Origin: Protoeuglena noctilucae
Lineage: Eukaryota
NCBI GenBank assembly: GCA_958009085.1
Contig: OY253688.1
Coordinates: 496,001-560,000, forward strand
Direction of reading: 5' to 3'
Length of the DNA: 64,000 nt
Shown here: one piece after another, positions 35,254 through 47,100 of the stretch
Numbering within the stretch: the first letter of the stretch is position 1
Layout: each line of letters opens with the position of its first letter
Position numbers and translations under genes: made by a program
Notes under the pieces: generated by a model
What the model saw: the letters and a program-made list of their open reading frames with translations, nothing else
Databases searched by the model: none
Told to the model about the DNA's origin: nothing

Positions 35254-37728
35254 TCAAAAGGTCATATCCGGTAACGGCGGCAGCCCCGCGAACCCGAGCC
35301 TCTCGCACCACTCCATCACGCACTGCCGGTACGGGCTGTGCGTGGCAAAGATGCTTAGCGCCTTCACTAGCGCCTCCGCCAGTTTGTCGTTATTGCTGCC
35401 GCCCAGCCACTGCAGGGATTCGATCGCCCGAACCACTTCCTCCCACGCAGTGCCGATTCCACTCTCGGTGTCGACATAATGGGCCTGGTACGTGCTGGCA
35501 GTACTGCCATTGGTCCGCATGAACTTCTCCAGGTCCCACTCCTTGCCCCCCACGAACGCCAGCATCACGTGAAACGCCAGTTTGTCGCCGGAATCGCGCG
35601 GCAGCATGTAGCTGGCGAAGTACTTGAATATGCTGGAGCGGGAGCAGGCGCGGAAGGCGTCCACGTCCACCCAGCGACGCTTCTGCGGGGGTGCGACGAT
35701 CATAGGGGGCAGGGTGGGGGATAGTGACAGGGGACGCTGGCTTTGTGCTGTAACACGCTATCGTGCTGCGGTGCGCAATCGTGCTTGTGAGGGCCATGGC
35801 AGGCCTCACCTGCCACAGGTAGGTCACGAGGAGGCAGTCGTTTTCGTTGGCCGCGTCCCGCAGCACTTGCTGCACCGCAGCGGCGTCCTCTGAGAGCAGA
35901 GACGACACAAGGTTATTGAATTGAGACAATGCGATGCATACTCTTCACTTGTACACGAGCTGTGGCTTGCCCATGTCACAAACGTCAACACCATGCACCT
36001 ATTTCGAACCGCACCCAACTTCTGCACATGCATCACACCACCCCCGCTTTCAACCAGGCACTGATCAGTTAGCACACGGCACCGCTCATTTAGCACACGG
36101 CACCGTCCATGTACGCCCATACACCACCTATCCCACCGCTCACCCGGATACTCCCCCTTCAGCAGCCGGCACCACACGCGCTCACCCACACACTGCCCAT
36201 GCAACACAATACACCCCACACCCCACCCCTCACCTGGGTACTCCCCCTTCAGCAGCCGGCACCACATCCGCGAGGCGGGCGAGGACGCCATTGAGCACAG
36301 GTGGCTGAGCGCTTCGCTGGGCAAGTCGCCCTCGACGCCGCCGTGGTAGTTCTCTGCGAACTCCCAATCGATGGCGATCCATGCGCGGTAGCAATCCATC
36401 GCCACGTCGGGGTCGCGGGCCTTGGGGAAGCGCTCCTCGAGCCTGGGAGGCAAAGATGGGGGTGGTGGTGGTGGGGTGCGAGGGTGGGAGGTGAGGTGGG
36501 GTTTGAGGGTTTGAGGTGAGGGGGTGGGAGTGGTGTGGCAGGGTGTGACGGTGGCTAGGGACCGTGAGGGTGTGAGCGGTGGTAGGGGCTACAGCTGCTC
36601 ACCTGTCCAAGTGCATCTATGTCTTTGGCACGTAGTAGAGGTGCTCAAGAGGGTGTCACCTGTCCAGGTGGATGTCGGACACATAGTACAGGTGCTCCTG
36701 GAGCATGTTGGCGTAGATGGCCGTCATCGCCGCGGCCTGGTCGTGCCACCCGGCCTCGTCCAGCCTGTTCGAAAGCGTCTGCAGCGGCCATATCGTGTCC
36801 TCCTCCGTCCTGTCCATGAAAATCGCGAAGTATTTTTGAGCGTCTGGAGGGGACGGAAAAGAAGAGATGCTACGTTGTCAATTAGGCGTGCCGGTATGCA
36901 GAGAAACGCAGGAAAACATCAACTCCGCAGGAAGCAGACTCGCCTCGCGATTTCCGGGACGCCAGGCTCCGCCAAGTTAGCACGTAGAGCACCGCTGCAG
37001 CCTGCGCCTCTTCGTCCCGGTACGAGTCGCCGAGGGCCCTGTAGTAAATCATCATGGCCGACATGAGCGGCTCGGCGAGATGGGGGTCCCTCGGAGCCGC
37101 AGGTGTGCCGAACAGGTCCTCCACAAGCGTGATGGGTTCCCCGCCCCTGCAGCGAGGACGCGGGAGTTAAACCTCGAACAAGCTCGTCACTTGTTACATC
37201 GTGGCCATGCTATTGCATGGCGCACATCAGCGTGCCGCGGGAGCGCCGTCGCGCGCGCACCAGTCCATCAACGGCGGCGCACTGTTTCGCGAATTCTGCA
37301 GCGCCTCGAACATCCGTGCGGCCTTTGCGGCGCCCGCGTAGTTCTTGTCCTTGAATCTCGACTTGACGGCGCGCATGAGGACGTGCTTGACTGCTCGCAC
37401 AGGGATGAAACGGAAGTCACGCTGGGTGTGCATTGCCGTCATTGCCGCTGTCACTCCGCGTCATCTCACCGTCCGACACGTCCACCTCATCCAAGAACGT
37501 GGCGCCGGCAGGCAGAAGCGCCGCGAGCGGGCCATCGATGTCTCCGCCCTCCATTTCCGCCTGCTTCAGCCTTGCGACGACCTCGCTGGCCTCCTGGGCG
37601 CTCGCCACGCCCCCGGTGCTCGGCAGGCGACCGTTCCCAGGCACATCGGCTACAGATATCCGCATCGTGACAGCCAACAGCGCTGCTAGGGCCAGCAACA
37701 GCCATGCGCGCAGTCGTGCGCACGGCAT
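35254..37728 (-). CDS. Hypothetical secreted protein, paralog A of a tandem pair, ~8 exons
   Basis: Signal-peptide-like MPCARLRAWLLLALAALLAVTMRISVA. Exons LDEAGWHDQAAAMTAI, VAMDCYRAWIAIDWE...HLCSMA..RMWCRLLKG, ENDCLLVTYL and DVDAFRAC...VRAIESLQWLG...SPYRQCVMEWCERLG align exon by exon with the neighbouring gene. Confidence 0.7.
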
Positions 37729-37893
37729 GGCTGGAGGGGCTGCCAGCGGCACGCCGAACGGCGTCGTCTAGAAAGCAACGGGGTCCGCGTCACTATCCTT
37801 GAATCTCCCTATCCTCGCTCCGACCTGACCAATTCTACGTAAATATCGAATTTTCCTACCAACACTAGGGCAACGCAGGCGCAGGGCTTCCAA

Positions 37894-40571
37894 CTAAGCG
37901 GGCGTGCCTCCCGAGAGCCCCAGCCGCGCGCACCACTCCATGACGCACTGCGGGTAGGTGCTCTTTTCGCCCACGATGCGCAGCGTCTCGATCAGAGGCC
38001 GCGCGAGGCGCAGGGAGCGCTCGTCCCCCATCCACTGCAGCGTCTCAATCGCCCGCACCAGCCGCTCCCCGATGCCGCCCGTGCCATCCTGCTCGAGATA
38101 CTCGACGTAGTTGGCCTGATACCAGTCGATCGGAGCGAAGAAGACGCTCTCCAACTTCGACCATCGGCTCTTCGTCCCGCCTGGCGCGTCAATGAAGGCC
38201 ATCACAACCGCGAACGCCATCTGCGAGTACCGCTCCGTCTCGCCCAAATACATCATGTCCGCGAAGTAAAGGAACGAATGCGAGTTCTTGCATTTCCTCA
38301 GAGCCTCCACGTCCAGCAGCGAGTACTTGTCTGCACGAAAAGGTCAGGTGCGAATGGATGCAAGTTCATTTACACCTTATCGTGCATTTTGGCACAGTAC
38401 GCTTGAGCGTTCACCCCTCCCACTCACGGAACAGGTAGGCAACGAGCTGGCAGTCGCCCTCCTCGGCGACGGCGCGTAGTCGCATCGCCACAGCGAGGGG
38501 GTCATCTGCAAAGGACAGGGCGGGCTGGGGCATTACCAAAGCACGCCACGTGATGCAGAGATAGGTTTACAAGTCACATCATGGCAGCTGTGACATTGCG
38601 TGACGGTACACGACCTAAGCAAGCAACCGAGCATGCTACACTTACATAGAAGGTGTCAACGGCGCTGCGACGCAAGCACGCATGCTGAATACAGCCGTGT
38701 CGTCTCACCCACGGGCAGCTTGCCCTGCACGACGCTGCACCAGGTGCGCCCCGCCACGGTGGTCGCGGCGTCGCACAGGTGCTGCTTGTCTTGGTCCGTC
38801 AGCTCAACGAGTTCGAGCGAGTCTCCCTCGCCGCTCGCGTAGATGCCCTGGGCCTCCCACTGCACCGCCAGCCACGCCACATAACACGACATCACGGCAC
38901 GCGGCTGCCGCGCACGCCGGCACCTGCCCGGGGTCCTGCGAAAGAGAGAGACAGCCACGAGATGAGTCATGCTACTTGCGCAACATGAAGATAGGAACAA
39001 GAACGGTCCTGCTCATTGCACAAGGAACATGTGCAACGGGCGACGCGCGCGAACGTGGCGCGTTTGCAATGAGCGGTGTGGGAACGTCGCACTAGGTGCA
39101 TGTCCATCGCCTCACCCCGTGTACACGTAGTCCTCTACCATGTACCCCGCGTGTATCTGGATGCGGATGGCCGTGGCCGTCATCGACGCGGCCTCGTCGT
39201 GCCAGCCCATGCGGCTAAGCGCCGTCGCCAGCTCCTGCGAGGAGCGCACCGAGGAAAGCATTAGTATCGTTACACAGCGAGGACCGATACCAGTGATTGG
39301 TCATTGCGCGCGGATTGTCGGATTGTTGCTATCAGTCTACCTACTCTGTCGGTCGCACCGACCGCATGGTCCTTTGGCCTCACCTCGGCTGCCCACCCGT
39401 TGCCCTCGTCGACGTTCGCGTTGAACGCATGTCGAAACTTCTGAGACTCTGCGCGACAGGTATTTGTAAAGTATCAATACAAGGATGATCACCATCGATA
39501 TGCCATGGCTGCTTTGGCTCCCTCTTACGCCCAGACAGATGGGCAGCACGGTCGCCCCTGCAGCACGCACTCGGTACCCTCATACCAGCAGCATGTCGAT
39601 GGAACCAAATGCAAACACATGAGCGACAAGAGCCATGATACAAGCCCTTGCCTGCGGACGTCCATCCCCCGTGATGTGCGTAAAAGACGTGGAGCAAAGC
39701 TGCAGTGTTCGCCAAGTAGTATTTGGCCTCCCCGCTCTGCCCTATGATGTCACTGCGGGCGAGTGCAAAGTCAACATAGGATACACAATCACGCTGCGCG
39801 TGTCGGGTGGGGCTTGCGCGATGCTGAATCGCGATCCCGACTCACAGGAACGTTGCATACGCAGCCAGGGCGGCCGCCTCGAACATCCGATGGGGCGCAG
39901 GCTTGTCCCCTTGCGACTTGGTCAACATGTTGTACGCGCGCTCATACAAATCGTCCATATCGTCGTCGACCCTGGAAAAGGAACGATAGAGCTCTCAAAC
40001 ACTGTTGGGACTACGCTCTGACACCTCGATCGATCGAGGCGAGCGCAGCCAAATGCGAGCTCTCACAGTGTCTTCATCCGCGCGGCCTGCTCCTTGCGCA
40101 TCTCGACGAGCGCGAGGAGCATCTTCGCTGCCACGAGGCCGTCCCTCTCCGCCGTAATGGAAGCGTCCTGGTTCTCCGCAGCATCGATGAACATGGAGAT
40201 GGCATCGGAGAGCAGCTTCTTGACTGCGAATGCCGGGGCGCGGGGCGATGACGCGGTGACGAAAGCCATGCGCACGCTTCCCTCGCCCCTCACTCACGCT
40301 TGCGCGCGTCGTCGGCGGCGATCGACGAGATGGCGTCCGGTATCACCCCGGACGTCAGCTTGAGGATGTCATCGGGCAGGGACGGGTCGCCCCTCCGATG
40401 CGGGGCCGCATCCCAGAGCGTCTCAACTTCCTCGTGAAAAGCAGACGCGACTGCGGCAGCCCTATCCAGCCCCCGCAGACCGTCAATTAAAGTGCCGCCG
40501 GCTGCGAGGAAGAAGTTTCCACAGATTGAAGCAACGAGCAAAAGCCACGGGACCCGCCAGGCGCGGCCCAT
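37894..40571 (-). CDS. Hypothetical secreted protein, paralog B of a tandem pair, ~8-9 exons
   Basis: Signal-peptide-like MGRAWRVPWLLLVASICGNFFLAAGG. Exons LSRMGWHDEAASMTAT, VMSCYVAWLAVQWE...HLCDAA..RTWCSVVQG, EGDCQLVAYL and DVEALRKC...VRAIETLQWMG...STYPQCVMEWCARLG. Confidence 0.7.
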
Positions 40572-41125
40572 TTGGGGGCAAGGCCCGGCTCCCGCTGTTA
40601 GCTACCAAGTGCAAAGAGTAGACCGCTAGCCAAACTGCGACGCCTCGGAGCGGCACCGTGTTCCTGTGGCCCAGGAGCCTCGGAGAGGCCCTCTCCTGGC
40701 GTGGCCGATGCGCCAGAGGATGCCATATCAACTAACAGAGCCCCGGGCCACGGGCGACAGCGAAAGTCTCAGTCGATGAACACAGGCGCATGGGGTTCGC
40801 GCTCAATCCGGCAGCGCGGGAGCCGGGGGAGCGGAGAGGGATTTGAACTCGCGTTCGTTCCCTGCGTCGTGCCCTGGCACCCATAGGCTTGGCGCAATCC
40901 GTTCCGCGCGCTTCATAGTCGCTGTGTTATCCTGGCCTGCCATCGCACGGGCCTTAGCGCTCCCTCGCGGAACAAGACGGATTGGAAACACCCGAGGGAG
41001 GTGTTGGCCAGCATCCAGAGCGTTCCGGCCATTGCTGTCCAAGCCAATCGCGTGCGGAGGAAGCGTTCCCAACACTCGCGGCGGTGTGACGGCACGGGTC
41101 GCGAGGCGCGAGCATTCAAGAAGTC

Positions 41126-44100
41126 ATGGGCGCAGCGCAAGACCCATCGTCGCGCGGCCGGCCGCCGCGCACCGCTGACGGCGCGGCACAAGGTGAGTAT
41201 CCGTGCTTGTGCGCGTCTGGTCGCGGCCACCTGCCCTCTGAACGCTTTGGCCCGCGATCAAATGCACGCGCACGTCTGGGAGCTCGCCCCCGCCGCAGTC
41301 CGCGTGAATCCGCGCTCCGGCGTGGCACTAGGCGGGAGAGGCGGGCCAAAGGCGCCGGGAGAATCGAGTCGCGCGGCGGGGTCGACGACATGGGAGGGGA
41401 ACATATCGCAACTCATCCACCCGCGCCTCGTCTTCTCCGCGCACGCCGCCAGAGCGGGGGCCGGCAGGTGAAAATACTGCGCGAGACCCGCTTCGTTTAC
41501 CTTCGGCCCTCTGCGCGTCGAGGCGCCCCTGCTGGGGACGGTACAGCTGCGCACTGCGACCCCCTCATCATTCGGCCTCGCTGTCGCCCCGCAGGGTCTC
41601 GCGGCCGGATGTGGGTCAGAAGGTTGCTGGTTCAAAGGGACCTCTGACGGTCCAGGAAGCCCTGGCGGCCGCTTCGCGCGCCTCCGCAGCCATCGAGGCG
41701 ATCAGCGCAGGTGAGTCGCCCCCGCGGCCGCCCGCCCGCTCATCTGCGCTCCCTCGCTGGCGCATTCGCATTCGAACCAGTGTTACGTTATTTTGCGCGC
41801 AGCTGCGCACGACCGCTTCGCTTCCCCGCGGCCCCTACCGCGCAAAGACGGTCCGTTCGTGTTGCCTCGGTCCCGGGAGCCCCTCCGCCGCCACGACCAC
41901 GACGCGGAGATCCAATCGCTCACACCTGAGGCCCTGCAGCTCCTCCTCTCGCTCCGGACGTCGGCCGCGGCCGTCCGGGACACGCTCGCCAGCACGGGCG
42001 CCGCGGCGGGTGCAGCGCGAGACCTCGCGCCCACCCCGTCCCGCGGGCGCTCGAGGGAGCGTGCGAATGTCCCCGTCGCCGCGTCGCCGCGCTCTCCCGC
42101 GCGTCTCGCGGCCGGAGTCATCCCGACGTCCCCGGCGCCGGATGTCGGCAGTCGTGGGGATGCGGACTACCACCGCGCGCGATTCACCGACGCTTCCGAC
42201 TCCCCGGACGCGGCCCCCGCCGCACCTCGCGCGAAGCGGGCGCCGGCAGCGGCCGCGCAGCGTGTGCGATCGGCGTCGGCAGCGCCGTCCCGCTCCGCCC
42301 CAACCGCAGCTCGGCCCCGCCACCGTTCCGCGTCTGCCGCGCCCGCTCGGGCCCCCCGCGTGCGGACGCGCAGCGCGCGGGAGGCGTCGCCGGGCGCGCG
42401 CGCGTCCGGGCGCGGCGGGTCTGCGCGGGAGTGGGGCGTCTCAGGCCCCCGCGCTGCATGGGAGGACACCCATCGCCACGTCGCTGAGTGGGCCGCCGGG
42501 ATCCGCAAACGCAACGCCCGGGGCGTCGCAAAGAAGACCCTCGTTCCAGGCACGTGCTCCTTGCGCCGCGCCAGTAAACGCCAGTATGATTTGTGCCGCC
42601 CGTGCATCGCCATTAGTCAAGACTGTGACCGGCCTGGCTTTTCCACCCGCAGCGCTGTGGTCGGGCCGCGAGGTGGCGGCCGAGCGCCGCCAGAAGGCTC
42701 TGCAGAAGGAGGGGAGGGAGCAGCGCAGGGTGGAGCGTGCGATCAAGGCGGCATGCAGCGACGAGGGCGGTGGGGCGATCGCCAATGCCCCTTTGGTGCT
42801 GGCCAGTCTGCGTGCTTACGACCGCCCCTGGACGACTCACATGTCGCGCAAGCGTGGCGCGGAGCAGCTGGGGGGTGGGCGGGCTGGTGGGGATGCGGGG
42901 GGTGCGGGTGGGGCGGGGGCGGGTGCGGGTGGGGGTGGAGAGGACGCGCCAGCGGCACGGCCGGTGACGGACGGTGAGTCGCGGGCGGGGTGGGTTGGGA
43001 TTCACGATGCATGGTGCGTGATGCATGGGCGGCGGGGGCTGTATGGGCGGGGGCGGCTCACGTGGGGCGACGTGTGTTGTTGGTCATGCACTACGGCTCG
43101 TACTGGAAGTAATGACCACATGGCATTACGTGCTGATACCAGCACGTAGTGTTTAATGTGTTGACGTTTTCCAGGTCGTGCCGAAGGGCTTGGTGGCTGG
43201 CGGTGTGCAGCCGAGCACACATGGCATCGACAAGCAGTCTCGCGTCATAGCGAGCGGCCGCTTCCAATTGCCATTATGCGATTGTGCGACCATAAACCCC
43301 CCTTACCCCCTTTGCAGACGTCAAGGCGCTTCTGGCGGACATTGCCAGAAACCCCCGGCGCCAGTACGCTGCGCCGTGGCAGGCGGGGATGGTCAAGAGG
43401 CGCCGTCCGGACGCGGCCGCGGGTGCTGGAGCAGAGGCCAACGTTGGTAATGCCAACGCTGGTGTTGATGCCAATGCCAGTGTCGGTGTCGGTGCCGGCA
43501 AGGCCGACGTTTCTGGCAACGCGCTCATTGGCGAGGGGGACGGCGAGGTCGGCGCGGGCGTGGATTTGAATGACAGGGTGGAGGAGGGGGCGGAGGCGAG
43601 GGGGAGCGCGGCGGAGGGGGGGGTGGAGGAGAAGGGTGGGGGCGAGAAGGGAGGCAGGCCGACGAGGGCGGAGGTGAGGGAGTGTGATGGAGAGGGACGG
43701 GATGGATGCAGGCTTGGGTAGTGTGATGCTTGGCCATGGCGCATCCGGCTTTGGCTCCCCACCAGCACCCTCACAGCAACCTGCCCCACACCCACTCCTC
43801 TCACCTCTCACCTCACCTCACCTCACATCAACCCAACCCCCCCCCACCCCCATCCCCAGGTCCGCGAGCGTTTCCTGGCCCGCCTGGCCCAAGAAAGGGA
43901 GGAGCGGGAACTGGCGGCGTTTGAGCGCGCGTATCGCACAGCACGTTTCCAGACGGTGGTGTCCTTCCTCAACGAAGCACATTTGGCGCAGGCGCGGGCG
44001 GCGAGGGCGAGGGCGGAGAGGAGGGAGGAGGAGCGGGGGGGGATGGCCAGGGATGGGCGGCAGTGGAAGGACATACTGGTGAGGGAGAGGGATGGGTGGT

Positions 44101-47100
44101 GGTGGTGGTGTGGTGTGGTGTGGGGTAGGGCGGGGCGGGGTGCTGTGTTGTTCAGATAGACATGCGGCAGTGGAGGGACATACTGGTGAGCAGGATGGTG
44201 GTGGGGAGTGATGTGGTTGGGTGTGGTGTGATATCGATGCTGTGCCGCTCCCCCACCACTCCCTCACATTCATATACCCACCCCCACCCATCTCTCCCCA
44301 ACCTCCCCAGGAGCCCAAGCCCGCCCGCCGCCTCCGTAGCCCCACCCGCAACACAATCTCTCCCCGTCGCTACGCCTTCACCCCACGCTCCGCCCAAGCC
44401 TCGCCCTCACCCGACGCGTCCCCGCGCGTCCGGTTCCCCACGCCTGACCCGGGAATGGCGGGAACGGCGGGGCATGGGGGTAGCCCTGTTGTGCTTGGGC
44501 AATCGGGACGGGCGGCGAGCCCTGTGTTGGGGCTGGGGCAGGGAGGGCGGGCAGCTAGCCCTGTGCTTGGGCAGTCGGGGCGAGTGCTGCAGGGGCAATC
44601 GGGTCGTGCGGCGAGCCCTGTGTTGGGGCAGTCGGTGCATGCGGGTGGCTCTGCCGTAGGACGGCCGCCGCTGTTGCGGGGTGGCTCGGCGGGGCAGCTG
44701 TCCGCACGGGCTGGGATGGGGCAGGGGGTGTCAGGGCAGCTGTCGGGAGGTGCTGTTGCGGGGCGGGCGTCGGCAAGTGCAGCTGCTGGGGGACAGCTGT
44801 CGGTAGGCGCTTCAGTGGGGCAGCTACCCAGCAGTGACGTGCATGCTGAGCGTGCTGGGATGGGACATGCACCCAGCACAAGCAGTAACGTGCGTGTTCA
44901 GGGTACCGCGCCATCGCCATCGCTGCCCATCGGTGTCGCTGTCGATGGTAATGCAGCAATGGGGCTATCCAGACCTGCTACCATGGATGTGGTACAACCA
45001 CAGGGCGAGGCCAGCATGCAGGCGCTGGTGACGGGGGGTGGGGCAGCGGTGGCTACGGGTCCGGCGGAGGTGGGTGGGGGAGGGGTTGGTGGTGCGGGTG
45101 CGGGTGCAGAGTTGGGGGGGGCGACGGGTGCTACTGCAACAGTGGCCCCTGCACCGGCCACTGCACCGGCGCAGGCCGTCATCGCATTCACCCCACAAGT
45201 GCCAGTACCAGCGCCAGTGCCGGCGCTAGTGTTGTCAGAATCGTTGCCAGAGTCGATGCGCGTCGACCAGGGCTTCGCGGCGCGTGTGGCGCGTGAGCTG
45301 ATGGCGCTTGACGCGAGGCTGGGGGAGCTGGCGGGAGCCGTGCCGCGACTGCAGGCGGCCATTGCTGACGCCCGGGGTGGGTCCACATCTGGGTCCACAT
45401 CTATATCTGGGGATGCATCTTTATCTGGAGATGTGTCGGTGTTATCCGCATCGCTGGTATCCGCATCGGTATCGGCACCGCCATCTGCATCGGTATTGGC
45501 ACCGGCTCCCCGCGCTGCGTCGCGATCCGCTGCCAGCGATGTCGGCGCTCCCGGCCACGCGGGCGTTTCTGGCATCTCTGGCGGTTCTAGCATCCCTGAC
45601 CGTGTGCCCGCGTCGGGCCCAGCACCTGTCGAGGGTTCGACAGCTCCCGAGTCAGCTCCCGAGTCGGCCCCCGCGCCTCGCACCTCAAAGCCGGCGCCAG
45701 TGTCGGCGTCAGTATCCGGGAGTGGCTCCGAGTACTCTGACAGCTTCGTCAGTGCGGTCAGTGCGTCGCAGTCAAGAGAGCCATCGCACGCCGCTGCTGC
45801 CTCCGCGGGTGGCGATGCGAGGGGAGCGCCCCGGCAGTCACATGACGCGAACGTGCTGTTGCCCGGCGATAACGTGCTCTTGGCCGGCCAGTGGGGCAGG
45901 GGGCTGCAGCACGCTCCGGGGAGTGGGTCTGATCACAACGCCGGCGGGGTTGGGCGTGTGGGCGGTGTGAGCGGTGGCGGCGGTGGTGGTGGGGCTGCGA
46001 GGGTGGCGTCGTTGCCCGTGGTACGCTCCTCATCTCACGCCACGGCGACTGTGTCATCGTCGATGGGTGGTGATGATACAGGCATGGATGATGATGCGAT
46101 GGGTAATGTGGCGGTCACTGACAATGACGATGTCCCAGCCATGGACGTGTTAGACTGGCAGTCGTCCGTTGCCAGCTCCGTGTTTCAGAGGGAGCCGCGG
46201 TGGGCCCCCGACGCGGCGCTGCGGCGGGGCAGGCGCGACGGCTCTGGCACAGCCGCTCTGGCGCCAGAACTGACGGTGTCAGGGGCGCTGCCGGAATCGC
46301 GGGAGGGGTTGACGCGGCCGGGGGGGTCCTCGTGGCCGTCGTCGGGATCCGTTTCTGACACGGACGGCGATCTGAGTCAGTCCCAGCCCCCCCACCTTGG
46401 TCAATCTCAAGTGGATGGGGCGGGGGCTGTGGGGAGGCGGAGACGGCGTGTTGGGGAGGGCAACAACGGTGCCAGTGTTGATGGCCTGGCGCGTGCGGCA
46501 CATGAGATGGAGATGCGGGAAGCGGCATCGGCCCCAGTCGCTGCGGGCGAGGGGCGGGGGGCGGGGGCGGTGGATGCGGCGACGGGGGCGGAGAGGGCGG
46601 CGGTTCTGCGGGCGGGACTGCGCGCCGCGTTCCGTGGTTACGCCGCGGGACTGCGCGGGGAGCGGGGGCAGGTGGCGGGGCGCAAGCGGACGCTGGCGAT
46701 GGCAGCTGGGGGTGGGGGCGTGAGTGGTGGTGGTGGTGGTAGTGGTAATGGTGTGGGTATAGGGAGACCACCCCGGGATTCGATCGCGGATGCGCTGCGA
46801 ATGCAAATGTCGAGGGGAGTGGGCGGTGGTGGTGCACGTGGGGGTGTGGGTGCGGGTGCTATGCTGCCCGCAGCCATCTCAAGCCCCCTCGCCGCGTCTC
46901 TCCGCGCCTTTTTGGACGAGAACATCGTCGCGGCCTTCCAGCGAAAGCGCGCGAGAGTCGAGGAGGAGCGGGCGCATCAGATGGCGAGGGGGGGTGCGGG
47001 TGCGGGTGCGGGTGCGGGTGGTGTGGTGGGTGTGGCACATGCAGCGACACAGGCGACTGGGCTGGGGCCCGCGGAGTCCCTCGTTGCGGCAATGGCAGTT

